Source: Candidatus Omnitrophota bacterium (GTDB lineage: Bacteria > Omnitrophota > Gorgyraeia > Zapsychrales > Fredricksoniimonadaceae). From it: DNA of 64,000 bases. Every line of letters starts with the position of its first letter. Position 1 is the stretch's first letter. The notes below the pieces were generated by a model, which was not told the origin of the DNA, did no database searches, and saw only the letters and a list, made by a program, of their open reading frames with translations. Where the stretch lies: assembly GCA_028870995.1 (NCBI GenBank), contig JAGWOI010000001.1, forward strand, positions 100,782 to 164,781, read 5' to 3'. The translations under genes were made by a program, and so were the position numbers. Below, piece by piece: positions 47,122-56,195 of this stretch.

Positions 47122-48270
47122 ATGGCGCCTTTTAACATGCCAGAAAGTGTTTATCAGGCCTATAAAAGCGATTTCCAAAACGGGGTGGTGACGCTGGGAA
47201 ACCTCTGTAGCGCGAAATGCACTTTTTGCTCCCAATATTGGAACCCTTCGGGGGTCATTCAAAACCTGGAAAGATTGTTGACCTGGGAAGAGGTGAAGCA
47301 TTTTATAGACGAATACCTGGTCAAAGTGGGTGAAAATCCGCATGTTTCGCCTTCCATAGGTTCAGCCCTTCATGCCAATAGCGGAGAGTTTTTCCTTCAT
47401 CCGAATGCGGCCCGGATCTTGGAATATTTGAAGACCAACAATAAGCTGGAAGATAACCAGATGGTCATTTCCAACGGCATGAATTTTAGAAAAGAGCACA
47501 TTGAGCTGCTTAAAGGCCTGAAGATCGGTATTCAATTGTCCTTGTTTGCCACGGATGTCTCGGCCAGGATGGATGTCATGAAAGGCTCATTATCCCAGAA
47601 TCAAAGGGCGATAGACACCCTGGATCTCTTTGAAAGCCAGGGGATAGAGTACGGGGTGACCATTGTCCCTTATAAAAAATATTTGCGTAACGGGGTCATG
47701 GAAAAGATTTTCAGCGACTTGAAAGGCCATCACGTCAAGGAATTTGTCATGCATAAACCCGGATACACTAAATTGACCCCCGCGAACATCGTGGAAGAGT
47801 TGAATATCCCTGACCAGGAACTGCTGGATTTTGGTGCCATGATATGGGACAAATATCAGATGAACGTGCGGATCGAGGGGGTGCTTCCCGTGGAGAAGAA
47901 CGTCTCCGAATTCCTGCGCCTCAGCAAGTCTTTAGAGCCGTTGCGGAATCTGGGGAATAAATTCAAGCTCTTCTTGTGTTCCCCCAAGGCCCACAGCCTG
48001 ATCAAGCTTGTCTTAAGGAAAATGGAGATGCAGGACTATGAGCTGAAGCCCGTTGAATCACATGTATTCGGAGGGAGCGTCGATTGTGCGGGCCTTTTGA
48101 CCGTCGAAGATTATGTTATAGCCATTAATGAATATTTGACCGGCGGCGGCAAAAAGGTCGATTTTATCGTCATGTCAAAAAGAAGTTTCGACATCAATAA
48201 GGAAGACCTTAAAATGGTGTCCGTCTATAAGTTGGAGGAAATTTTCAATGCCAAGGTGCTGTTAGTTTAA
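47122..48270 (+). CDS. Radical SAM protein with DUF512-like C-terminus
   Basis: CSAKCTFC, GEFFLHP, PGYT, VFGGSVDCAGLLTVED. Confidence 0.8.
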   Translation: MAPFNMPESVYQAYKSDFQNGVVTLGNLCSAKCTFCSQYWNPSGVIQNLERLLTWEEVKHFIDEYLVKVGENPHVSPSIGSALHANSGEFFLHPNAARILEYLKTNNKLEDNQMVISNGMNFRKEHIELLKGLKIGIQLSLFATDVSARMDVMKGSLSQNQRAIDTLDLFESQGIEYGVTIVPYKKYLRNGVMEKIFSDLKGHHVKEFVMHKPGYTKLTPANIVEELNIPDQELLDFGAMIWDKYQMNVRIEGVLPVEKNVSEFLRLSKSLEPLRNLGNKFKLFLCSPKAHSLIKLVLRKMEMQDYELKPVESHVFGGSVDCAGLLTVEDYVIAINEYLTGGGKKVDFIVMSKRSFDINKEDLKMVSVYKLEEIFNAKVLLV

Positions 48271-48275
48271 AACTT

Positions 48276-49937
48276 ATGAAAACCCCGATGCGTTTAAAAA
48301 TAATAAAATCGCCCCGTTTCAAAGGGGAGACGGATTATCTCCCGCCGCTGGCCATTTCCCAAATATATTCATTCCTGAAAAATAAGGGTTTTGAAATCTC
48401 CCAGGAGGATTTAAACCAGAGGGAAGTCCCCTCCAAAAAAGATATATTCGGGTCTACCTACAAAAAGAGGCTGAAAAACATATTTTCCAGGGAGTTTTCC
48501 GCTTATTTAACGACGGGTAAGGATGATCATTATGAAGCGATCGCCTCCCAATATTTGTCATCCGGGGAAATGGACTCGATCGATATCCTGCTGGTTTCGA
48601 TCTGCTATTCCGATTTTTGTTCTTCCATGGCGGCCCTGTTGATAGCCAGGTATTTTAAGTCCAAGAATAGAAATAAGCTGGTCATCATGGGCGGGGAGTC
48701 CATAGAGAAGTCTTATATTTATGAGGGTTTTGAAAAATACAACACCTTGGGCATTGTGGATTATTATATCCTCGGCCCCGGCGAAGAATCCTTGCTGATG
48801 CTCCTGAAAAGAATACAAGGGGAGGCCCTCGACCCTAAAAAGATCCCGGGCCTGTGTTACAGGCAGGACGGCCAGGTCTTTAAAAATGACCCCATCCGGG
48901 ACGCAGCCCTCGTGCCCCCTGACTTTACGGGCTTATCGTTGAAGAAATACAGCTGGGACCAGTCGGAGATTTTTCACAGCATGTCTCCCAAACTTTTCCC
49001 CCGGCGCGAGATCCTGGTGCTTCCATTCCGGATGATCGACGGCTGTCCTTACCGCTGCGCGTTTTGCGCGTCCCCGGACATGTCGCAGGCCAGGACCTCC
49101 TCGGTCGATCCGCAGGAGGCGGTCAGCGTGTTGAAAAGATTGACGGCCGAACACAACGCCAAATATTTTATGTTCCTGCATGACACCCTTAATTTTTCCA
49201 AGGCCTTCATCAATCATTTTTGTGACGAGCTGATCAAGGCGGATTTGGACATACGGTGGTCGGACAGCTTAAGCCCCTTGGCGGTGGACGGCCCCGAGGT
49301 GTTGAATAAAATGTACCGGGCCGGCGCCCGCCGGGTGTTTTTCGGCCTGGAATCGGCCAGCACCAAGCTGCAGGCGTATACCGGGAAGAATGTTAATCCG
49401 GCTAGAGCGGCGCAAATCGTGAAATGGGCGCATGAAGCGGGGCTCTGGACCGGCGTTCAGGTCATCGCCGGATTTCCTCACGAGACAAAAGAAGACATAC
49501 AATCCACCGTGGATTTCATTATAGACTGCGCGCCTTATCTGGATGTTGTCAAGCTGCAGAAGTTCTATCTGCGCCGCTATACCTATATGCATTCCGATGC
49601 CAAGAAATACGGCATCACTAACATCAGGGAGTACGATGATCTGCCGGAATTGGTGGTCCGGCAAAGGGGCCAGAACAGATACCGCTTTGATGAAATCGGC
49701 GGGCTTGAGTGGAATCAGAAGGAAAAACAGATTGAACGTTCCTACCGCACATTCGACCGGCTCATCACAGAATATAGACTAAAATCGTACAGCCCCAGGG
49801 ATGAACTGAATATTCTTTTTTACCTGTATGAATGTCTGGAGGATAAAAAGAGGATCAAATCCGCATTTGACATATACCAGGCCGAACTTAAGAAAGTCAA
49901 TAAACTGAGCCTGGACCTGCAGGACCTGGATGAGTAG
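48276..49937 (+). CDS. B12-binding radical SAM protein
   Basis: PPLAI, MGG, GPGE, GCPYRCAFC, FGLESAS, IAGFPHET. Confidence 0.88.
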   Translation: MKTPMRLKIIKSPRFKGETDYLPPLAISQIYSFLKNKGFEISQEDLNQREVPSKKDIFGSTYKKRLKNIFSREFSAYLTTGKDDHYEAIASQYLSSGEMDSIDILLVSICYSDFCSSMAALLIARYFKSKNRNKLVIMGGESIEKSYIYEGFEKYNTLGIVDYYILGPGEESLLMLLKRIQGEALDPKKIPGLCYRQDGQVFKNDPIRDAALVPPDFTGLSLKKYSWDQSEIFHSMSPKLFPRREILVLPFRMIDGCPYRCAFCASPDMSQARTSSVDPQEAVSVLKRLTAEHNAKYFMFLHDTLNFSKAFINHFCDELIKADLDIRWSDSLSPLAVDGPEVLNKMYRAGARRVFFGLESASTKLQAYTGKNVNPARAAQIVKWAHEAGLWTGVQVIAGFPHETKEDIQSTVDFIIDCAPYLDVVKLQKFYLRRYTYMHSDAKKYGITNIREYDDLPELVVRQRGQNRYRFDEIGGLEWNQKEKQIERSYRTFDRLITEYRLKSYSPRDELNILFYLYECLEDKKRIKSAFDIYQAELKKVNKLSLDLQDLDE

Positions 49938-49942
49938 CCTCC

Positions 49943-51184
49943 ATGAAAAGAATCATTATTTATTACTCACACAGGCAGACGCTGGGGCATCAGAGCCGTG
50001 TGGCCAACATCGTCGCAAGCCTTCATACAAACTATAAGAAAAAAGTTAAAGTTTTCCTCTTTAATGCCGGCTTGCCGGAAGAGTTCATTCAATTCCCGCC
50101 GGGGACGGTGTGCATCAACATCCCGTTCCCTTTTCACAGCAAACAGGATTTCAGGGTTGACCGCAAGAATTTCTCCCGTGGAGACGTCAGTTCCCGCTCC
50201 CAGTTTATGCTGAAACAAATTGAAAAGATAAGGCCGGATGTTTTTATCACGGAATTTTTTCCATTCGGAAGGCCGGACCTGATTGAAGAGATATTCCCTG
50301 TTTTGCGTCTTGTGCATTCCCGGGGAGCCAAAATTATAAGCAGCCTCGGGTATCCGTATATAAACCCTTTCTTTTTTAAAACGGAAAGCCGGAAAATCTA
50401 CACCTTGCTTGCCAAATTTTATGAAACCATCCTGGTCCATACGCCTGACGGGCTTGAGGAAGCTTATGCCCTGAAGTCTTTGGGGGATGCCCAAAACGAG
50501 CATCCAAAGGGCGGCTTGACTAAATCGTATACCGATGCCTTCTCCGTGGTGAAAGACAAGATCGTTCATACAGGCTATATCGTTCCCGCAGGGATAAAGA
50601 ACGTGTCCCGGCCGGTTTTGGTGAATAAGATAAAATCCCGGGAGAGGATTTTTGTTCTGGTCAGCCGGGGCGGCGGAGTTATTTATCCGAAACTTCTGAC
50701 GAGCGCCATCCAGGCCAAAAGGATTTTGGGGGACAAGTTTGTTTTTTTGATCGTGCCGGGGCCCTCTTCCACCGGCGCGGAAATGGCGCTCTTTCGTTCG
50801 TTGATCGATAAGGCCGGCCCTGAGGGGATCGAGATGCGGCCTTATGTCCCGGATCTGTTCAAATATATCCGCTTTTGCGATGTTTCTATAAGCATGTGCG
50901 GCTATAACACCTCTGCTGAATTATTATTTTTTCGCACGAAAAGCATTGTTGTGCCCTGGAGGCTCTGGGAAAATCAGGATAACTCGTACTATAATGACCA
51001 GTTGACCCGGTCCTATCTCTTAAAAGAATACCTGGGTTCCGGGGTGGTCCAATACAACTCCATTTCCGCAAAGGCGCTCGCCGACGGTGTACAAGAGCAG
51101 ATGGCCAAGGACCCGCCCAAAGAGATCCTTAAGGCATCGGATTTTGAAGGGGCTTATTTTACGGCCGCAAGGATCATGAGCTGA
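49943..51184 (+). CDS. GT-B glycosyltransferase, paralogue of 31970..33175
   Basis: YSH..LGH.SR, EFFPFGR, RGGGVIYPKL, GPSST, MCGYNT. Confidence 0.78.
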   Translation: MKRIIIYYSHRQTLGHQSRVANIVASLHTNYKKKVKVFLFNAGLPEEFIQFPPGTVCINIPFPFHSKQDFRVDRKNFSRGDVSSRSQFMLKQIEKIRPDVFITEFFPFGRPDLIEEIFPVLRLVHSRGAKIISSLGYPYINPFFFKTESRKIYTLLAKFYETILVHTPDGLEEAYALKSLGDAQNEHPKGGLTKSYTDAFSVVKDKIVHTGYIVPAGIKNVSRPVLVNKIKSRERIFVLVSRGGGVIYPKLLTSAIQAKRILGDKFVFLIVPGPSSTGAEMALFRSLIDKAGPEGIEMRPYVPDLFKYIRFCDVSISMCGYNTSAELLFFRTKSIVVPWRLWENQDNSYYNDQLTRSYLLKEYLGSGVVQYNSISAKALADGVQEQMAKDPPKEILKASDFEGAYFTAARIMS

Positions 51185-52178
51185 CGGAAGCTTTGGACAG
51201 GGCTTTTCGGGCCATCGCCGGGTCGAACAGAGGGTCCGCCGCCAACGGGGTGCCGTGGGCGCGCAAGGCCATGGAACGGCTGCCTCCCCGGCAGGTGTCA
51301 AGCACGGGGCAGCGCCGGCACAATTCCGGCAGATAGCCGGTCCCGGAGAGCTCCTTAAGGAACGGGTGTTCCCACGCCTCGCGGATGCTGCGTCCTAAAT
51401 TTGTTTCCAAGAAATAATTTGGTTTAAAGAATCCCCTGGCGCTGCGCACGAGGCGCAAGTGCCCTTCGTCCAGCCTGGCCCCCAGAAAGACCTTTTTGCC
51501 GATCTGAAGATCGCCCGCCACGCATAAGGGGGTCGGGTTGGAAACAAAAGCATTGATCCGGTCCCTGCGGATCTTCATGATCTCAAGGGCCAGCTTGCGG
51601 AAAAACAGGGGGTTCATTTCCTTTAAGGCCTCAACCGAATCGCTGATCGGACGCTGCAGAAGCCACGCCGCAGGGTTGATCTTCTTGATGAGCGGAATAA
51701 AGGGCGTCAGTGAACGCTCGGAGTCGGAAGTGATGACCGTCGCCGTCCACAGGACCGGCAAGTAGGCCTTTAAAAGAAAGATATTCTTCATTTTATCAAG
51801 GAAAGAGACCTTGGAACCGGTATAGGCGGTGTTGGCCTTCTCATCGTACCCCTGCAGCGAAACATGCGCCACATCGACGGTGGCGATAATGGTTTTCATG
51901 GCGGCAGGGCTGATGTTGTCGGCAGAGGTGTTAAGGATAATGGCCAGTTTCCTGGCTTTGGCATAGGACAAGATGGGGCGAAAATCCGGATGGAGGGTAG
52001 GTTCCCCGCCGGTGATACGGACGGCCTTTACCCCGAGACCGGCGGCCTCGTCTAGGGTGGCTTTAATATCTTTGAACGGCACGTCAGGGATCCGCGGACC
52101 GGTGCAGTAGGTGCAGACCTGCCGGCAGCGGCCGGTGATTTCAATGATGATCTCTGAGGGCAAAGATGGTCGTTTCAT
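51174..52178 (-). CDS. Radical SAM/SPASM protein
   Basis: CRQVCTYC, TGGEPTLHP, C-terminal CRRC...CRGGSR...DP. Confidence 0.88.
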   Translation of the reverse strand: MKRPSLPSEIIIEITGRCRQVCTYCTGPRIPDVPFKDIKATLDEAAGLGVKAVRITGGEPTLHPDFRPILSYAKARKLAIILNTSADNISPAAMKTIIATVDVAHVSLQGYDEKANTAYTGSKVSFLDKMKNIFLLKAYLPVLWTATVITSDSERSLTPFIPLIKKINPAAWLLQRPISDSVEALKEMNPLFFRKLALEIMKIRRDRINAFVSNPTPLCVAGDLQIGKKVFLGARLDEGHLRLVRSARGFFKPNYFLETNLGRSIREAWEHPFLKELSGTGYLPELCRRCPVLDTCRGGSRSMALRAHGTPLAADPLFDPAMARKALSKASVSS

Positions 52179-52199
52179 GGCATCAGGGCAGGGTGGCCT

Positions 52200-53444
52200 T
52201 TAACAATTATTTCCGGTGCACCCGTAGTCTATAGAGATGGAACACAGTTGGGAAGGCAGGCCTATTGCACCGCATCCTCCATTGGTGGGGGACAGGGCAG
52301 GGTTATGATAGGTGTTGGAAGCCGTGTTTCCTGCCGGGAGTGCGTACGCCGATTTAACAGAGGTGGCTGTGCTGGTAGTATTAAGGCAAATTTGAAAACT
52401 TTGATTGTTAACGGTGACCCAGCGGGAGCCGTAATTGTACCAGTGACAGCTGTCTGAAGCAAGCTTGGTGGGGTTGCTGCTGTTGGTTGACGGGTCACAG
52501 GACGGGTCAAAAGCGTCCGGCCCGTTGCAGCAGGAGGCGGCCACGTTGAAATCCAGGGAGCAGGTGGCCTGGGTGCGGTCCGGCGGATTGGGCGGTGTCA
52601 GTGTATAAGGAGGATTGCAATATAGCTCGCATTTAGAGTTGCCGCCGCAGCTGGATTGAGGGGTGTCACAGCTGGATGAACTGTCCACGTAACAATACGG
52701 TGTGTCTTGTTTCAAGCCGGCGGTGGGGACCGTATCGCAAAATGTGGCTGCATTTTGGAAAAGGACAAACCCGGTGCATTTGGGCAGAGGGCAACTGCCG
52801 TCTAGAATACAAAACTGAGAGCTGTTGGAACCGCAGGCATAGCCGTATATTTGCTGGCCGTAATAACAGGAGCTGGTTGTGCCGGTGGCTTGAGGCGGAC
52901 AGCAGGTGGTGTTTGGATTATTGTATATGGAGTTTGGATCGCTGGTGGTCGGGCAATAGCTGTGTGCGGCAGGGCCGCTGCCTGCAGGACAATAGCAAGG
53001 GCCGCTGATACCCGCAGGCAATGAAGGGCATGTGAACGCGTGGCCCTGGTTGGGCAGCGGAGCGCTTCCGCACCCCAAGGGTTGAGGCGTGTTGCAGCAG
53101 CTTTCGTCCAGGACGCAGGTTTCCGCCCCGGCGGAGCCGTTACAGCCGGGGAGATTGCAGTTAAAGTGGTATTCGCGCTGATTGGCCGCGCACAGCGAGC
53201 CGTTTTGGTTGGTCCCGCAGGACCCTGCTTCCGAGGTGCAATGGCAATTCAAAGGGATATCCGGGACGTTGTTGACGGGCGCCTGGTTGATGATTTCTTC
53301 GGCGGATTCCCTGACGCTTACGTCCCACAGCCTGAAATGCGCATTGACGGAACGAAGCACATAACTGCCCATGAATACAATCCCCAAAATCACGAGGATG
53401 GCAATTAAGATATACTCAATGATGGACTGTCCGCGTTTATGCAT
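52200..53444 (-). CDS. Class III signal-peptide (pilin-like) cysteine-rich surface protein
   Basis: MHKRG|QSIIEY plus a hydrophobic helix; about 37 Cys in the mature part. Confidence 0.78.
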   Translation of the reverse strand: MHKRGQSIIEYILIAILVILGIVFMGSYVLRSVNAHFRLWDVSVRESAEEIINQAPVNNVPDIPLNCHCTSEAGSCGTNQNGSLCAANQREYHFNCNLPGCNGSAGAETCVLDESCCNTPQPLGCGSAPLPNQGHAFTCPSLPAGISGPCYCPAGSGPAAHSYCPTTSDPNSIYNNPNTTCCPPQATGTTSSCYYGQQIYGYACGSNSSQFCILDGSCPLPKCTGFVLFQNAATFCDTVPTAGLKQDTPYCYVDSSSSCDTPQSSCGGNSKCELYCNPPYTLTPPNPPDRTQATCSLDFNVAASCCNGPDAFDPSCDPSTNSSNPTKLASDSCHWYNYGSRWVTVNNQSFQICLNTTSTATSVKSAYALPAGNTASNTYHNPALSPTNGGCGAIGLPSQLCSISIDYGCTGNNC

Positions 53445-53587
53445 GAATTTTCTTGGGTCTATAGTGAAAGTATAACCGAAACAGCAAACCGGCGCAAGGT
53501 ACTTTAAAGTATCTTAATAGAGGCATTTGTTTAAAAAATTTTGAATAATACTAACGTCCTTAGGGCTAATCTGGTAAAATGCATACC

Positions 53588-54634
53588 ATGGATTTTAAGA
53601 AGTTGTTTGAGCAATACCTCCAATTCGTCAATCGCATAATCCCCAAACCGCCCGTCCTGCCCGTTATCGGTATTGATATCGGCACCACCGCGGTCAAGGC
53701 TGTGGAATTGGGGCCTGCCGCCGAGGGCCTTCAAGTGCGCCACTGGGCCGTGGAGCCTTTGGCCGGGGGCGACCTCAAATCCGCCTTGAAAAAGTTAAGC
53801 GAGCGCCTGCATTTCACCAACCAGGTGCTGGTTTCCTCGGTGTTCGGCAAGGGGACCCTGATGCGTTTTGTCGACCTGCCCCGCATGTCCCTCGAGGATC
53901 TGAAAAAATCCTATATTTATGAATTGGACAAGTATTTTCCTTTTGACCCCAAAACCATTTACACGGATTGCGCCATTCTGGACCCCGAGGGCAAGGACAA
54001 GAAGATGCAGGTGCTGCTGGCCGCCGTCAAGAAGGAGATGGTGGACGAGCGCTTGAAATTGTTCAAAGAAGCCGGGTTGGAGTTAAACCGCGTCATGCTC
54101 AATCCCGTGGCCGCGGCCAATGCCTTCAGCCGCCTGGGGCCGGCCGCCGGCGCTGCGGGGAAGGCCAAGGCCCTGCTGGACATCGGGGGATCGGCCTCCA
54201 GCCTGATGATCTTAAAGGAGGGGTCCTTACGTTTTACCAGGGACATCTTTATTGGCAGCCAGCAGTTGACCCAGAAGATCGCCGGCGCCTTTAATGTCGA
54301 TGCCGCCGCGGCCGAGGCGCTCAAGCGCGATCCCGGCGACAAACTAGCCCAGATCATGGAGGCCTGCGACGTGCCGGTCAATAATTTGATCGGCGAGGTG
54401 CGCCTGTCCATCGATTATTTTACCACCGAGAGGCATGCCCAGGTCGACGAAATCTTCTTGATCGGGGGCGGGTCTTCCTTAAAAGGCTTCGAGGGCGTGT
54501 TCGAAAAGGGTTTGGGGATGCCTGTCAAGATCTGGCAGCCTCTGGGTTCGCTGCGCGTTGATCCCGCCCTGGGCGGGGACATTCAAACTCATGCCGTCCA
54601 GCTGGGGGTGGCGGTGGGATTAGGATTGCTCTAA
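53588..54634 (+). CDS. pilM: Type IV pilus assembly protein PilM
   Basis: IGIDIGTTAVK, LLDIGG, LIGGGS, AVGLGL actin-like fold. Confidence 0.92.
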   Translation: MDFKKLFEQYLQFVNRIIPKPPVLPVIGIDIGTTAVKAVELGPAAEGLQVRHWAVEPLAGGDLKSALKKLSERLHFTNQVLVSSVFGKGTLMRFVDLPRMSLEDLKKSYIYELDKYFPFDPKTIYTDCAILDPEGKDKKMQVLLAAVKKEMVDERLKLFKEAGLELNRVMLNPVAAANAFSRLGPAAGAAGKAKALLDIGGSASSLMILKEGSLRFTRDIFIGSQQLTQKIAGAFNVDAAAAEALKRDPGDKLAQIMEACDVPVNNLIGEVRLSIDYFTTERHAQVDEIFLIGGGSSLKGFEGVFEKGLGMPVKIWQPLGSLRVDPALGGDIQTHAVQLGVAVGLGLL

Positions 54635-55246
54635 ATGATCGACATTAATTTGATCCCGGAAAATTTAAGAAAAGGCGGCAAGGCCAAGGCGGACGGGGTG
54701 ACCATCAATATCCCCCGCGAGATCATCTTCGGCGTCGGCGGCGGGCTGATCGTCCTTTTGCTGGCCATTCATTTGATCTTGGGCGCGGTGTGGCTCATGG
54801 CCATGGGCCGGCTGTCCTTTTATAATGCCCAGTGGCAGAAGATCCAGCCGGACAAGGCTGCCCTGGATGCCATCCATAAGGAATCAGGGGATTTGAAGAA
54901 CAAGATCAAGACGATCGCGGATGTGACCACCAATGAAACGGTCCTTTGGGCGCCCAAGTTTAACGCGATCAGCGACGCATTGCCCGGCGGGACGTGGATC
55001 AAGAAGATGACCCTGGACAAGACCGGATTGACCATCGAAGGCGGCGTTGTTTCCAAGACCCGCAACGAGATCAATAATGTGGGGGCCTTCGTCGCTGCTC
55101 TGAAGAAAAGCGATGATTTCATGAAGGGGTTCGTGTCCCTGGAGATCAACTCCATCCAGGGCAGCAGGAGTAATTCCGTGCAGGTCACGGATTTCTCCAT
55201 TGTGGCGAAATTGCCGAATACTGAAGCTGGGAAAAAACGGAAATGA
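54635..55246 (+). CDS. pilN: Type IV pilus assembly protein PilN
   Basis: MIDINLIP motif, one TM helix, LP...WI; follows pilM. Confidence 0.85.
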   Translation: MIDINLIPENLRKGGKAKADGVTINIPREIIFGVGGGLIVLLLAIHLILGAVWLMAMGRLSFYNAQWQKIQPDKAALDAIHKESGDLKNKIKTIADVTTNETVLWAPKFNAISDALPGGTWIKKMTLDKTGLTIEGGVVSKTRNEINNVGAFVAALKKSDDFMKGFVSLEINSIQGSRSNSVQVTDFSIVAKLPNTEAGKKRK

Positions 55247-55851
55247 AAAAGGTCATCGATGCTTTCAATAAATTAAGCGAGCAGTCCCGTTACGGGGTGG
55301 TGATCTTTATCGTCATCCTGATCGTGCTGTTGGATGTGGTCTTTCTGGCGCTGCCTCAACTGGGCAGCATCGGGGCGGCCAACAACAAGATCAGGGACAT
55401 GGGCGAAAATACCAGGCAGATCATGACCGACAAGGCCAGGATCGGCTCCTTGAAGAAAAATCTCGAGGAGACCCGGCTGCAGTTTACCTCTTTAAGCAAC
55501 AAGGTGCGCGCCCTCCAGGAGGTGCCTGCCATCCTCACGACCATTTCAAGCGTTGCCAATCAATACGGCGTCCAGATCGACCAGCTGGTCCCCGACCAAT
55601 CCGGGCAGCAGGCCCTGACCAAGACCCCGGAGGCCCAGTATTATGCCCTGCCTGTGACCATCAAGGCCAGGGGCGGGTACCACAATTTCGGCCGCTTCAT
55701 CAATAAGCTTGAAAACAGCGAGCTGTTCTTTATCATGAAGGATTTCATCATTCAGAATGAGGCAGCCAATCCCAACAGGCATGTGTTTTCTTTGACCATT
55801 AACCTTATTTTGGCGGACCGCACCGGAGGGGCCAGGACCAAAAACCTATGA
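55243..55851 (+). CDS. pilO: Type IV pilus assembly protein PilO
   Basis: TM plus coiled coil, LPV.I...GGYHNFGRFINKLE. Confidence 0.88.
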   Translation: MKKVIDAFNKLSEQSRYGVVIFIVILIVLLDVVFLALPQLGSIGAANNKIRDMGENTRQIMTDKARIGSLKKNLEETRLQFTSLSNKVRALQEVPAILTTISSVANQYGVQIDQLVPDQSGQQALTKTPEAQYYALPVTIKARGGYHNFGRFINKLENSELFFIMKDFIIQNEAANPNRHVFSLTINLILADRTGGARTKNL

Positions 55852-56192
55852 GACGGCTTATTTTGGGGCTGATACTTTTATCAGTAAATTCAGTTTATGC
55901 CTACGCCGATTTCGTGTATGATGATCACGGAAAGCGAGATCCATTTGTGCCGTTGGTTTCTTCTGCGGGCATGATCGTCACCTATGATGAGGACCTGGCG
56001 GTCAATGACCTGGTCCTGGAGGGCATCGTGACCGATCCCTCGGGGGACAACATGGCCATCGTCAACGGCAAGATCGTCAAGGCTAATGACACGATCGGCC
56101 CTTATCATGTGGAAAAAATCGCTTTCGACCATGTGGAGTTCCTGAAGGGAACGGAGAAGTTCATCTTAAAAATCAAAAACGGAGGCATGTAA
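55848..56192 (+). CDS. pilP: PilP-like protein
   Basis: Y...GKRDPFVP, L.GI, AIVNG; sits between pilO and pilQ. Confidence 0.7.
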   Translation: MRRLILGLILLSVNSVYAYADFVYDDHGKRDPFVPLVSSAGMIVTYDEDLAVNDLVLEGIVTDPSGDNMAIVNGKIVKANDTIGPYHVEKIAFDHVEFLKGTEKFILKIKNGGM

Positions 56193-56195
56193 ATA

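Noticed and set aside
29851-53444. Island as a prophage or integrative element
   Set aside because: No integrase, transposase, phage genes, tRNA or flanking direct repeats were visible.
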